Positions 36,383-48,938 of a stretch of DNA of 64,000 bases are shown here, in pieces. Position 1 is the stretch's first letter, and each line of letters begins with the position of its first letter. A program made the position numbers and the translations under genes. The notes beneath the pieces were generated by a model. It was not told the DNA's origin. It made no database searches and saw only the letters and a list, made by a program, of their open reading frames with translations. The DNA is from Gordius albopunctatus (lineage: Eukaryota): the NCBI GenBank assembly GCA_964276515.1, contig OZ193909.1, positions 6,882,001 to 6,946,000 on the forward strand, given 5' to 3'.

Positions 36383-38626
36383 ATGTTGCTAAGAAATGTA
36401 TTGACATCATTTATGGATGCCTTTCAAAATGTTCGTTATGTTATAGAGGCTCAAGTAGTGGATCCTAAAACGCGACAATTGTTTGTTCTTCTCATAGTTT
36501 GCGTTGCCCTTCTGTTAGACAACATGTTGTACATGGTCATTGTACCCATCATACCTGATTATTTAAAAACGTTGTACGAATCATCTCATAGCACTATAAA
36601 TACTGAGCTCTCGTCAACTATGAGTTTAAGCAGTACAACCACAAAACCTATTGAGCTAACGTTTGAAAAAGTTAAGGGGCTAAGATATCGATATGCACGT
36701 GATTATTTCGGCTCTATTACAAACGGTTTGCGGCGGCGCAACGCATTAAATAACCGCTTTAAAAGACAAAATGGCGCAGGTAGAAGACGGCCTAAGGTTT
36801 ACAAAACGACCTTATCAACAGAAGCTCCAGAATATGAATATTATTATGTTGATGAAGACGAACCCATTAATGACACTCATACCTTGGTCCCTATAATACT
36901 AACAAATAAATTTACCACTTCCATAGCAGCGGCTACCTACACCAATCAAACATTAAATCTCGACACAAAACAAACATATACCGAGCCTACACCTATAACA
37001 TCTACACCATATGCTGTAACGAGTGTCAAACTAAAAGCTGTTGCAAAAGTGGAGGAACACGATTTACACATTGGAATATTATTTGCGTCAAAAGCAATTA
37101 TACAACTATGTATAAATCCTTTTTCAGGTGCAATTATTGATAGAGTTGGATACGATAGGCCATTGTTATTTGGTCTGATAATAATGTTTGCCTCAACTGT
37201 ATTTTTTGCCTTTTCTCGAACTTATGGGGCTCTTTTCTTTGCAAGGAGCCTTCAAGGATTGGGTTCGGCATTTGCTGATACAGCTGGGCTAGCGATGATT
37301 GCCGATCAATTTCAAATAGAAGCCGAAAGGAGCAAAGCCCTAGGATGGGCTCTTGCGTGCATCTCATTTGGATCTTTAATTGCTCCTCCTTTTGGAGGAA
37401 TACTATATCAATTTGTGGGGAAAAAAGTACCCTTTCTGGTCCTATCAGGTATTGCGTTAGCAGATGCGATTTTTCTTGCTTTTGTGATGCGAGAAATTCA
37501 TAAAAAACACCAAGAACATCGTCGGACATTGAGCGTTAGCGGCAGGGGAAGTCGGGGTGCAAGTTTGAAAAGATCAAAAGGTGGAAAGAACGGTGGGACA
37601 AGCATAGGAGATGTGTCTCAGAGATCCTCTTTTGTGAGCCAAAAAGGAGGCAGTTTCAAGAACCACCTTCGTATGAATAATAGAGATGAATCATCTAATG
37701 ATCTATACGAGCCTTTCTCCAGATCGGGGGCTGGAACGGGCAACTTACCTTTACCTCCTGTCCAACCGACCCCCATATACCGCCTCTTGCTCGACCCTTA
37801 TATAGCAATAACTGCTGGAGCCTTAAGCATGTCTAATGTTTCCTTAGCATTTTTAGAACCGACCATAGCTGTTTGGATGCAGGATACTATGAAGGCGTCT
37901 GAATGGCAAATTGGCCTAGTTTGGTTCTTTGGATTTCCACCCCATTTGATCGGTGTATACACAACAGTTCGTTTAGCAAGAGCTTACCCTAAATATCAAT
38001 GGTTCATGGCAGCAGTTGGCCTAGCAATTGAAGGCGTGAGTTCTTTCTTGGTACCCCTGTGTAGAACCTACTGGGCCTTGATAGTCCCCATTAGCGGTAT
38101 ATGTTTTGGTATAGCTTTGGTAGATACGGCTTTGCTACCGACCTTAGGTTACGTAGTAGATCTATTTTATGTTTCGATATACGGAAGTGTCTACGCTATA
38201 GCAGACATATCATACTGCCTTGCCTATGCGTTTGGTCCAGTACTCGCCAGTCGAGCCATGCGTGACATGGGATTTCTAAATATGAACATTGGCATAGCCA
38301 TGAGTAGTATAATATATGCCCCTCTGTTGATCTTACTTAAGAACATTTACACCTACAAACCCCTAGATGAATTTGATGACGATGTTTATGATGACAACGA
38401 CAATTTTGAGGATAGCAATTACGCCCTCAAGTCAAATGACAGAGTGAACCAATTGGCAAATAGGGATTTTACCAACCATCATCCTCAAGGCTACCAAAAT
38501 TTTCCAGTTGAAGCCGCTCCGCTTACTAATCAGGGATATCAAAATCGTATCGTCGATCCACAATTTAATGCGACCCGTCGAAATTCGGATGGCAGGGAGG
38601 GTAATTTGTTAGATTTTTCTGGATAA
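36383..38626 (+). CDS. VAChT: Vesicular acetylcholine transporter (SLC18A3 / unc-17), intronless, 747 aa
   Basis: ALLLDNMLYMVIVPIIPDYL, GILFASKAI, ARSLQGLGSAFADT, SNVSLAFLEPTI, GICFGIALVDTALLPTLG and SIYGSVYAIADISY. Located directly upstream of ChAT on the same strand, with a splice acceptor at 36316. Confidence 0.97.
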   Translation: MLLRNVLTSFMDAFQNVRYVIEAQVVDPKTRQLFVLLIVCVALLLDNMLYMVIVPIIPDYLKTLYESSHSTINTELSSTMSLSSTTTKPIELTFEKVKGLRYRYARDYFGSITNGLRRRNALNNRFKRQNGAGRRRPKVYKTTLSTEAPEYEYYYVDEDEPINDTHTLVPIILTNKFTTSIAAATYTNQTLNLDTKQTYTEPTPITSTPYAVTSVKLKAVAKVEEHDLHIGILFASKAIIQLCINPFSGAIIDRVGYDRPLLFGLIIMFASTVFFAFSRTYGALFFARSLQGLGSAFADTAGLAMIADQFQIEAERSKALGWALACISFGSLIAPPFGGILYQFVGKKVPFLVLSGIALADAIFLAFVMREIHKKHQEHRRTLSVSGRGSRGASLKRSKGGKNGGTSIGDVSQRSSFVSQKGGSFKNHLRMNNRDESSNDLYEPFSRSGAGTGNLPLPPVQPTPIYRLLLDPYIAITAGALSMSNVSLAFLEPTIAVWMQDTMKASEWQIGLVWFFGFPPHLIGVYTTVRLARAYPKYQWFMAAVGLAIEGVSSFLVPLCRTYWALIVPISGICFGIALVDTALLPTLGYVVDLFYVSIYGSVYAIADISYCLAYAFGPVLASRAMRDMGFLNMNIGIAMSSIIYAPLLILLKNIYTYKPLDEFDDDVYDDNDNFEDSNYALKSNDRVNQLANRDFTNHHPQGYQNFPVEAAPLTNQGYQNRIVDPQFNATRRNSDGREGNLLDFSG

Positions 38627-39859
38627 AGTCAATACATAATTCATGGATCACATGTGACTTACAATCCATACATGACAAAATAAAAGTCCCGAGTACTAAT
38701 TTATATTTAAAGATAAAAGGATTAATAAATATAATCACCAGCAATAGCTAAAAAATATATACAAATAACACCGTGCCAACGTTTTTATGACCCACTTCGT
38801 TACTCTAGATTATGTGGAATTCCTTCTTGTGTCACTTGTCGTTATATGTATTTAAATTTTAATAATCGTCTTTTTTTAAATTTGCTTTGTTAGAACACAA
38901 TCAAAATAAAAACGTCTACATTATCAAAAAAATGGTTTAAAATAAAAATTCGGTTAGATTCAAGTCAAACACAAAATACGCTTTAGCTTCCCAAGGCGTT
39001 TTAAACGAACCCATAATCTATTAAATTTAGTAAAATATTTTTTTTTCGGGAACCCATTTTTATAAGCTCAAGATTCTAGTGGTACTTGTTCGATTCCCAA
39101 CCTTATAAATTAGCTATCATGTTACTATTTTAATCATCAAATGTGGTTTATATTTTATTTGACATCTTAAAAGATTTTGGGCGTAATTTTTTTTCGGGCC
39201 AAGGACAACCGCCAACTTGAAATCAAATTTATAACAATTTTAACTATTTTATCTAGCAATAATTTTATGAGATAAAGACGATATAAATTTAAATTTTTAA
39301 TAAATTATGCAGCCTATATATGTTTAAATTGGTACTTGCATTGCAAATGCATTTTTGATTCGTCCATATGCTTCTAAGTTTATCCAATACAAAGAAAATT
39401 GTTGATCTTTATTAAAATTATGGCTAAAATTTGAAAGATCATTTTGCCCCTCCCTAAATCATTATTGCCCCTCTCTAATTCTAATGCAGGCTACGCCCCT
39501 GGTGTTTGCCTTAAAACTTTGATAAAAACCCCGATGTTATAAAAAGGTTGCGTGTAAAATGAAAACTTGTAAATAAAAAACTAATGTAAATATAATTTTA
39601 TTATTTATTTGTTTTTTTTTATAATGAGAATTTTGTAATTATAATTAGATCATGTAAAAACGCTTTTAATAAATAGGAAAAGTTTAGAGTTAAATCACAT
39701 TAAAAAAATAACGCTCCTTTTTATATTAATTTTTACGCCTGCTTTCTCATCAGCATATTTGAATTTACATTTTTTAAAAACTTTATCTAACTGATTTTAT
39801 AGTACAGAATTGAACAAATTTCATATATTGTATATATGAAAAGGTCACATTAGACAAAG

Positions 39860-42800
39860 ATGGACGACAATCAAAAGAACGCACGCCCTCTGTTTAGACA
39901 AGTAAATAAAATATATATGAAAGAATATTATTCAAATTAATTAAATTGTTATATTTGGTATCTAAATTTCAGGTTATAGTTCTCCAAGCCCTACCTAAGG
40001 CATCATTAACTTACAAATTATAAAATTAAAAATATTTTCAAATTGAGCCTTTGCCTAAATTCAAATTTTTGGCCTAAATTTGCAAAATATCTCATGTTAA
40101 ATTTAGATTTATAATTTTTAACAAGATAAATACTAATTATGTCACATTATAAATATTGATACAATTCTAATTATTATGCTTCAGTTGACTTGCCTTCCAA
40201 AACTACCCCTTCCGCAAATGGAGGACACACTGACTAAATATCTAGAAAGTTTAAAACCGTTTGTGGAAGGTGAAAAATATCAATTATTATCGAAAACAAT
40301 CTACGAAAATATTTTAACACCGGAAGGTGTTGGAGGAAAGTTGCAGAGCGTCATCCAAGCATATGCCCAGGAACATATAAATTGGGTAATGTTTCAAATA
40401 TTTTTCTAAATGTGATGGTTGAAATTTTAATTGGCAAATAATAAGATTTTTTCTAATCAATAAAATTTTGAAGTAAATAAAAATTAATAAATTTACCGGC
40501 TATATTAATTTGCGAGTAGACTAATTCATTATTAGTAATTTGGATTTGATCCGAATTATTTTGTAAAGTAATATAAATAAGAAAATTATTGGAACAAAAC
40601 CATCGTGCTTATGTAAAACATCTATTATCAGGGCTCTCATTATATAACTTAATTCATTATTACGTTTTGTTCAATTGAAGTTTTATGACTTTTCAATATG
40701 ATGATAGAACTTAATTAAATTGTCAGCAGTATGGAAACTAAACATATCTCGTCACCAATTATCCCTGTCATGATTATTTCCAACGATGGTCATCAAATAG
40801 GTTATACATCATTTAAATATCGTAGCATAGTATCATCACAAGTCGCCATGTGAATTTCTGGGGAATAATTTGTTACAAATATCTAAGAAAATATTCACTC
40901 AATCTTTTTAATGTATTCCCACAGCGCATTGATTTAAAACAATGCATGCCTATTAATTAATAACTTAACCCTTATTTCTTCATTTGATCGCTAAATCTTT
41001 TTAATAATATCATGATCTTAAAACAGAAGACTTTTTTCGATTGATTTCACCCAAAATATCTTCAAGTTTTCAATTGAAAAGCGACATTTCAGACTATCGG
41101 TATGTATTTTTTCCATGGGTACTTTTAGCTTATCCGACTCTGCAAAATAATTCCATAAATAACTTTAAATTTTAACTCATTCGAAATGCCAAGCTCTTAA
41201 ATACCACTTTTCCGGTAAATCTATATTAGCCAACCATTTTGAACGGTGCGATCTTCAATAGTATGCTTATATATACTTGATTACCGGTCAACTTAAAACC
41301 ACGACCAAAAAGCGTTTAGTGGTTAAGAGCATATTTATTTTATAGATTTGCATGCTAAATAAATGCATTGTAGAATTTTACATGCTTAACTATGTTAAAT
41401 AAATTTAAAAGCTTCTGATATTTTAAGCTTATACAATTCGCGCCAAACTAAGGAAAGCGTGATAGCAGGTAAGCCTAATATAAAGTTTTATGGCTCTATT
41501 TGTCTCATACAACTTAATCAAGGTGTTTTGCTAGAAAAATAAAATGAAATACTCTCAATGATCGTATTAGCTCTATATAGTTATATCCTAAAGTGAATTC
41601 AAGCATTAGTGATTATGAGCGATTTAGAAGTTAATTCCAAATTTAATAATAATAGCAAAAAAAATATGCCTAAATATTCCTTACTTTTAAATATTGTTTA
41701 ATTTTAAATTAACTTAACTATAAATCAAGTGCTCATGCGCGTAGCCAGGATTGGAACTAGAGTGGGATGGGATTTAATGCTTTTGGGAGGATAAAAAGAC
41801 AATATTTAGAGATTTTAGCCATAATTATATAACATTTTAAAGAATTTTTGGGTTTAGAGGGTGGCTGCCGCCCCTTCCTTGTTCTGGCTAAGTCTATGCA
41901 ATTGCTAGTTCATATTGAGCTCTTAAAATTATTGATTAAAACCATACATCAAAACTTGTATTTTATCCTGGGTCTTGTAAAAACATTTTTATATTGTGCA
42001 TGCAATAGCATTCGATTTACTTAGGAGGAGTTAAAATTATTATTAACAATTTTTTTGCTAAATATACGAAATTATTTTAAATATGGTTAAAAAATGCCTC
42101 TACCGAGTGTCACGTTTTTTGAGATCATCAGTATAATTAAATAATTATTTTTTGTACTTTATAATCCATATTTCGAACATTTTTGGAAGGCTTATGACAT
42201 TTGGTTGCAAGATATGTACTTGTCGTGGAGAATACCCTTGCCGATAAATTTCAATCCCGGCATGGTCATGCCACAACAAAATTTTCCTGACAATGATTCA
42301 TTCTCCTTGTAAACATTCGTTTTACATAAAAAATTTAATTTTATCAAACACAAAATTTTTGTCGTTGTTTTCACAAATCATAGATATGCAGCAAAAGTGG
42401 TTTACATGATCCTTAACTTCAAGCAAATGATTGAAAGGTTAGTTTTTAATTATGTACCAAAACGTTGAAATAAATCAATGCTACTTATCACTTCTTATTA
42501 GTTCTATTAAATGAATACAATTCCCCGACTTCAAAAATCAAAAGCTTTTGTAATTTCTTAAAACTATAAATTTTTCTAGTTTCTACAATTTCAAAGTTGG
42601 CAACAAAATAAAAGGTTCCGTTTTTAAAAATGTAGAAGGATTTACATCTGAGTTTGTACTTTATTGATTAGATTTTAAGAATTTTCGAATTTGAAAACCA
42701 TTGCTCCATTCTTTTTTACTATATGTAGGGTTTACAATATAATTTTATAATGATTATTAGCAACAAATTGGATATGGATCTCGTGAGTGAAAAGTATCGT

Positions 42801-45800
42801 CAGCACCTCTGCATGAAACAATATCAGCATTTGTTCGACTGTTACCGATGCCCGGGTATAGAGAGGGATAAATGGTTATTCGCACCCCATAACTCATCTC
42901 ACATCGTAGTTATGCATCAAAACAAAGTTAATTTTACAGCAGTTACTTACTGTACAAAATTCCATGTTAAAAATTGTTTAATAGTCAACTTTTTAAACTA
43001 CTATTTAGTATAAAAAATAAAATCTGCTTTAATTTTAGGTTACCTACAATATAATTCTTTGTGATTATAAAATTTTATAATAGTTCCCATCAGAAAAGAT
43101 CACCCCTTTTTTCTAATAGAAATCATTTTGGTTCACTATTTTGGATGCTATTTGCCCGATAAATTTAAAACTGATTTATATAATCTTATTTTTATCAAAA
43201 CATTTTGAGTCCTCATAAGGAAATAGTGTTTTATTTTAATAAATCTGATATAATAACCATAAAAACCCATAGTGTTTTTTGATATATCTTGCTATAAATA
43301 AGCAACAAATATTTTTTTACATGATGGTTATTGTATTAATGCGATAATCAATAATATCCATTATTAATCAATTGATTTATTCCAAACAAAACTAATGTGT
43401 TTTTTGCTAACATTCTTCAAGGTTATTTATATCATCAAATCTCATATTCGTCGAAACTATTTAAAAGGTGTATAAAGTGAATGTTCTTGAGCATAAGCAA
43501 ATTTATCCGTTATCATCTATTTATGGAGCGCTAAATCAAATTACTTCGATCAAAAACTCCTTAAATACCGGCGAAGTGACATCTGTTGATCATTCTGTTG
43601 GATATTTGACTACAGGACAGAGGGGAAAGTGGTCGGCGTTCAGACAAGAGCTTTTAATTGGTTTCAAATTACACTTACTCAAATTTTGAATTATCTAGAA
43701 AAACAAAAATATTTATGAATGGTTTTATTTATTTATCACCTTTATGCATCCTAAATTTATCTTGCATTTTATTTAATGATATAGTTGTCTTGTTAGTAAA
43801 AAATTTAAGTCTAATATTTAATTATCCATAACAGTAGTGATGGTTAACAATTTATTATCAATAGATAATTAATATAACTTAGCATGAATATATATATTAT
43901 TTAGATACAAAATAAATGTAGAATATTTCCTTTTATAGATGAAAGCAACGCACAAAATTTGGAAATTTTACAAACTTGCCTGTTTGTGCTATGTTTGGAC
44001 GAGGCGGTCAAAGTCGAACTGAGCAATTTTGAGGAAAGTGAATTGAATAAAGATAGGAATAATCATAATTTTGTGGGCACAGTTGATGATCATTTTGCAA
44101 GATACCGATCAAACAATTCGTTCAAAATGATAGTTCAAGAAAATAACGAGATGAATGACATTTGGCCTGAGCATAAACGAACCGATGAGTCTATGTTTTT
44201 GCAAGCTAATAATGGTGCTGGCATTAAACACAATTCTGGAAACCGATGGTTCGATAAAACATTACAGGTTATTGCTGCAGGTCATAATATTTGTGTCTTC
44301 TTGATAGGTTGTTGCACCTTTTAAACGCAATAACAAATTAAAAAATATTATATTTATATATAATAGCATTGTTGCCAAAATTTATTTAAATAATAAATCT
44401 CAGGCATAAGAATTTACATGGTCAAGTCTGGCGTGTGCTAGACCTCTTTATTTGACTCACTTAAATAGAAATATATTATACTAGATGAACCCGGCAAGCG
44501 TTGTTTTGCCATTTACCCGGGTGTATTAAATTATGTTGGAATTTTAGGGCATACATGATGATAAAGCGGTTATTGAAGTAAAAATAAAGTTTGATAATTT
44601 TCAGACAAATAGTTAAAGAGGGTCCAAGGCCCAGGCCCACCCAAGAGATAAAACCTGGCGCCATGCCCCTCCCAAAGGGAAAAATCTTTGGCCCCCTGGT
44701 CCTTCAAGCAATTTTATATATTTTTTTGTAATTAAGAAACAATATCATAATTATTTGTTTCTGAATATAACTTTTAATTCTGAACTTAATAATGTCCGAA
44801 GAACTGAGATATATCAACATTTAGTGGCACTTTGTTAATTGTTTTTTCATTTTTCTCCTTATTTATCGCGCAAAAAATGACAAAATTAGATTTTTTAATT
44901 TATTTAGCCACGCAGGAGATGACACGACCGTCCTATAATAATAATAATAAATGACGTGAAAAATAAGCAAAAAAATGACTTTGATTCATGGGCGTACCCC
45001 CCCCCCCTAATTAACCAGGGAAGGGCAGAAAGAGCGGCTGCCCCACCTAATTAGTCAGGGGAGGGCGGCTACCCCCTGCGGGTCTCAGGAAAAATTTAGG
45101 AATTTAGTAGTCGAAGACCTTTTTTTGCTCTCATGAAAATTTTTGGATAGTCAAGAAAATTTTTTTTTAAATCTGCCCCCCCCCCTAAATCAAAACCTGC
45201 TTATTATACAATAATACCATTATTTTATTTTTCTAGTTAGCTGATTTATTTGAAATACAATTTTCTTTAATATAATAAAATAATTAATTGAAGGATGGAT
45301 AATTATTAAAAATATGATTCCATGATCGACCACGTGATAATAATTTAAATATTATTTATTTAATTTAAATAGTTTGTTAAACCCCAATAATTTTGACCGT
45401 ATACTGTAACATTTTTATTATACTTTTAAATATCTAATGCGAGAAAACTTCAGCCTTGTATGTATGACGTCATTATTGTATATGATGCTATAAATTAAAC
45501 TGACCGGGAAATGTGCGATATTTTTAAAACGAAAAGGTATTTTAGGAATCTGAAAAAGCTATTTTACCCCTGGCCGCCCTGGGAACCTACGGGTAAAGTT
45601 TCGAGCGAATTGGGCCAGTAGTTTCAGAATTTATCCCTTTTTTAAAACTTAAAGGAATTTTAGGATTCTGCAAAAGCTATTAATTTAAATTTTATTTATT
45701 TAATTTAAATAGTTGATTAAACCCAAATAATTTTGACCGTATACTGTAACATTTTTATTATACTTTTAAATATCAATTCGAGAAAACTTCAGCCTTGTAT

Positions 45801-48800
45801 ATATGACGTCATTATTGTATATGCTGCTATAAATTAAACTGACCGGGAAATGTGCGATATTTTTAAAACGAAAAGGTATTTTAGGAATATAAAAAAGCTA
45901 TTTTACCCCTGGCTTCCCTGGGCATCTACGGCTAAATTTTCGCGCGAATCGGGGCGGTAGTTTTAGAATTAAGCTATTTTTTAAAACTAAAAGGCCCATA
46001 TTTTTAAAACTAAAAGGAATTTTAGGATTCTGAAAAAATTATTTTACCCCTGGCCGCCCTGGGCATCTACGGTTAAATTTTCGCGCGAATCGGGCCGGTA
46101 GTTTCAGAATTTAGCCCTTACATACATACACACCACATACATACATAGACTTTACTTTATATATATAATAGATTACAACAGGAGTAACAAGCTATGGTTC
46201 GCCCTAATCTTGATAGAGAGAATAAAACTAGTTTTATCGGGTTACATAGTTTATATAGATCTTTTGGACATCTGTGAATTCCGCATAACTATTTTAAATA
46301 TATAATTTCGAGATTTCGATATTCAAAAATTTAACCAAGCATGTTGATATCCTACCTAACACTCGCGTAAAAATATAAGAATGAGAATTTTTTGTGAACT
46401 AATAAAGTTAAAACTTTGGCACTGATAGCAATCATATTTTAGTGTGAATTAATAAAAAAATAGTTGTTTCGCGTGGCGATTACCATATCATGTCTCGAGG
46501 TCAAACAAAAGAGAAAATGTTATTTAGTTAATTTGATAGCATGGCTTATAATAAATTTATTTTTGAGAGCTATGTATATTGTTTATATTGTCATTTATTT
46601 ACTAGGTGTTAATTGGCAAAGATGGCTTTTACGGATTGTGCTATGAACACTCTTGCTGCGAGGCTATAGTGATAATAAGGCTATTCGAATATGTGTGGAA
46701 CGAGATGTAAGTTTCTAATTCTGTTAGATCGTTCATTATAATACGATTTCCCTTAATTTATCTAATTTAATAAAATTTGGGATTATTTTGGCCTTTACTA
46801 AAAAGCGCTAAAATTGACGCGGTTGTTCCAAAAAATTGCACCAGCTTATGCGATGTTTCACTTCTTCAATGGACACTGTCAGATACTATAATTACTCACA
46901 TCCGTGAGTGCGCAAAATCTTTGCAATAGTAATTTTTTATTAGATCTAACATAATATTAAAACCAAGTTTATCTTTCGATTTGTTATTACATTTCACAAC
47001 AAGCATGGATTTTTTTTAATACATCACTGTTTTTAGTGAAATTAGTCGACTTCAACCATACATACTGCGATTTCGAGATTATGGTAAAGAATTCCCTAAA
47101 TCTCAGAGTTGTAGCCCTGATGGTTATATACAAATGGCTATGCAGTTGGCTTACTACAAGTGAGCTAAATTTGTTAAGATTTCGGATACCTTTATACTCC
47201 CAATTAAAGACCTGTAACAGGATAGACCTATAGTTATTATAACAATATTAAGCCAAAATTAGTTATACATGAAGGCTCATATACGTTTATGAAATTTCGT
47301 AATATAGTTGGTTCTCTAAGCTAAAATTCGTATTGGCTAAATTAATGTTTTTCGCTTATCCCATCAGCAATTAATCTGGGCTGAGCAAGGAATGGTTAAT
47401 AATAAAGTTTCTTAAATTCCTTAAATTTACAAACACAAAGGTTTAAGAAGCAGTGCCAGTGTCAACACAAATTTTATTAAAAATCATGAAGCGGAAAAAT
47501 AATTATAAAGAGTTTGCCTGTGTGGCGTGCCAAATATATTTCTAACTAAACTAAAACTTTGATCTCTTGTTTATTAGATATTGAAATACAATAACATGAG
47601 TGAGTACGCACAAGTTCATATTATACTCTATTGTTTTCATTGAAATTATTATTATCAATGTTAGCGCCGTGCTATAGGAGTAGCGCATTTAAGTGCTATC
47701 GGCTATAGCTCATAGCACCTCAAACCTCCCATCTCCTATAACTCATAGCACCTCAAACCTCCCATAGCTTTAGCGCCTCAAACCTCCCATCTCCTATAGC
47801 TTATAGCACTTAAAGTAACTATGTGTTAGTAGACATAGCGTATTTAATAGGCTATTCCCATCAGCGGGGAGGTGCTAAGCGCGCTAGTGCTAAGCGTTTT
47901 CCCATCACTAACTTACACTTCCAATTATGTTAATAAAGTATAAGTGTCACTTTTTTTAAAGAACTCACAAAACTATTGTCCACACTTATGAAAGTGCTTC
48001 ACTTAGAAGATTTATTGATGGCCGCGTTGATAACATAAGATCAGCTCATATGGAAGCTTTGGCTTGGGTTACTACCATGGAAAATCCTTATACAAACGTA
48101 AATTTTAGGCAAAAATATTTTCAAAACCTTTGTTTTAAATATCTTTGCCAGAAATTATTTTGAATTTTTAAAATTAACCTTTTACATTCCTGTCTTATAT
48201 AGATGGAAGAAAAGAGACGCTATTTTGAGGTGGCCATGGCAAAGCAATCAAAATTAATCAACGAAGTAACATAATTTTTAATATATTGTTAACACTTCTG
48301 GATCATATTTAAATTATAAAATATCCCTCGTTCAAGTATTATTATTAAACTAGACAAGGAGTTAAAACAATTTGGTTTAGTTAATATAGATTTTCTCAAA
48401 TATATATATAATTATCCAATATATATAGAATATAACAGGATATGGTATTGATAACCATATATTGGTTATGCGGGTCCTAGGAGAGCGATCCGGTTACAAG
48501 CTGCCCATTATTTTTGACGATACCTCATATATGGAATGGAACTATTTTCGTCTATCAACCAGTCAAGTATATGCAACTCAATTAGCACATTATGATAAAC
48601 ACATTTTTGACAATATATGGTCTATGATAAAATTAAATAACCATAGAAAAATAAAAGAGTAGCTTTAAAAGTAGGAGTACTAAATTGATTTTTAAAAAGT
48701 TTTTGTTTGAACTAAGATTCCAACTACAGAAGATTTTTATATGGGATATGGACCAGTCGTCCCGGACGGTTATGGATGTTCCTATAACCCACACCCCAAC

Positions 48801-48938
48801 GATATAACATTCGTTATTACTGCTTTCAATGACTCCACCATCACCGATCTCCATAAATATAAAAACAACTTGGTTGTTAGTTTGAGAGAAATGCGAGATA
48901 TGTTAACCTCAACTAATACTCTGCCTCTAGGCCATTAA
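39860..48938 (+). CDS. ChAT: Choline O-acetyltransferase (~669 aa, 14 coding exons)
   Basis: Phase-consistent GT..AG exons 39860-39901 (tentative), 40185-40385, 42190-42308, 42384-42437, 42761-42926, 43468-43660, 43939-44267, 46606-46706, 46806-46928, 47037-47159, 47962-48097, 48203-48265, 48429-48566 and 48717-48938. Motifs LPKLPLP, NRWFDK, catalytic [36 protein letters not shown] (ChAT-type VDN), LSTSQ and [14 protein letters not shown]. Confidence 0.96.
44481..46172 (-). mobile_element. Non-autonomous Helitron family B in a ChAT intron
   Basis: 5' TCTATTATATATATAAAG with a (TATG)n microsatellite at 46172; 3' CCGGGTTCATCTAG at 44481; internal ~340-bp tandem duplication (~45345-46000) and a truncated hAT MITE. 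Confidence 0.85.
47660..47910. mobile_element. hAT end fragment with short tandem subterminal repeats, in a ChAT intron
   Basis: Ends CCCATCACTA (reverse complement TAGTGATGGG); three TAGC(A/G)CCTCAAACCTCCCAT units. Confidence 0.6.

Noticed and set aside
37134..37529. Antisense 131-aa ORF
   Set aside because: Shadow of the VAChT ORF, with no motif.
36100..39000. Complementary repeats flanking VAChT, like those controlling unc-17/cha-1 splicing in C. elegans
   Set aside because: Only 7-11 bp matches were found by eye (e.g. CCGAATTT at ~36202 vs AAATTCGG at ~38946), which is chance level. An einverted/RNAduplex scan would be needed.
47700..47810. CRISPR-like short direct repeats
   Set aside because: Only three units with short related spacers, next to a hAT terminus in a eukaryotic intron; no cas genes.
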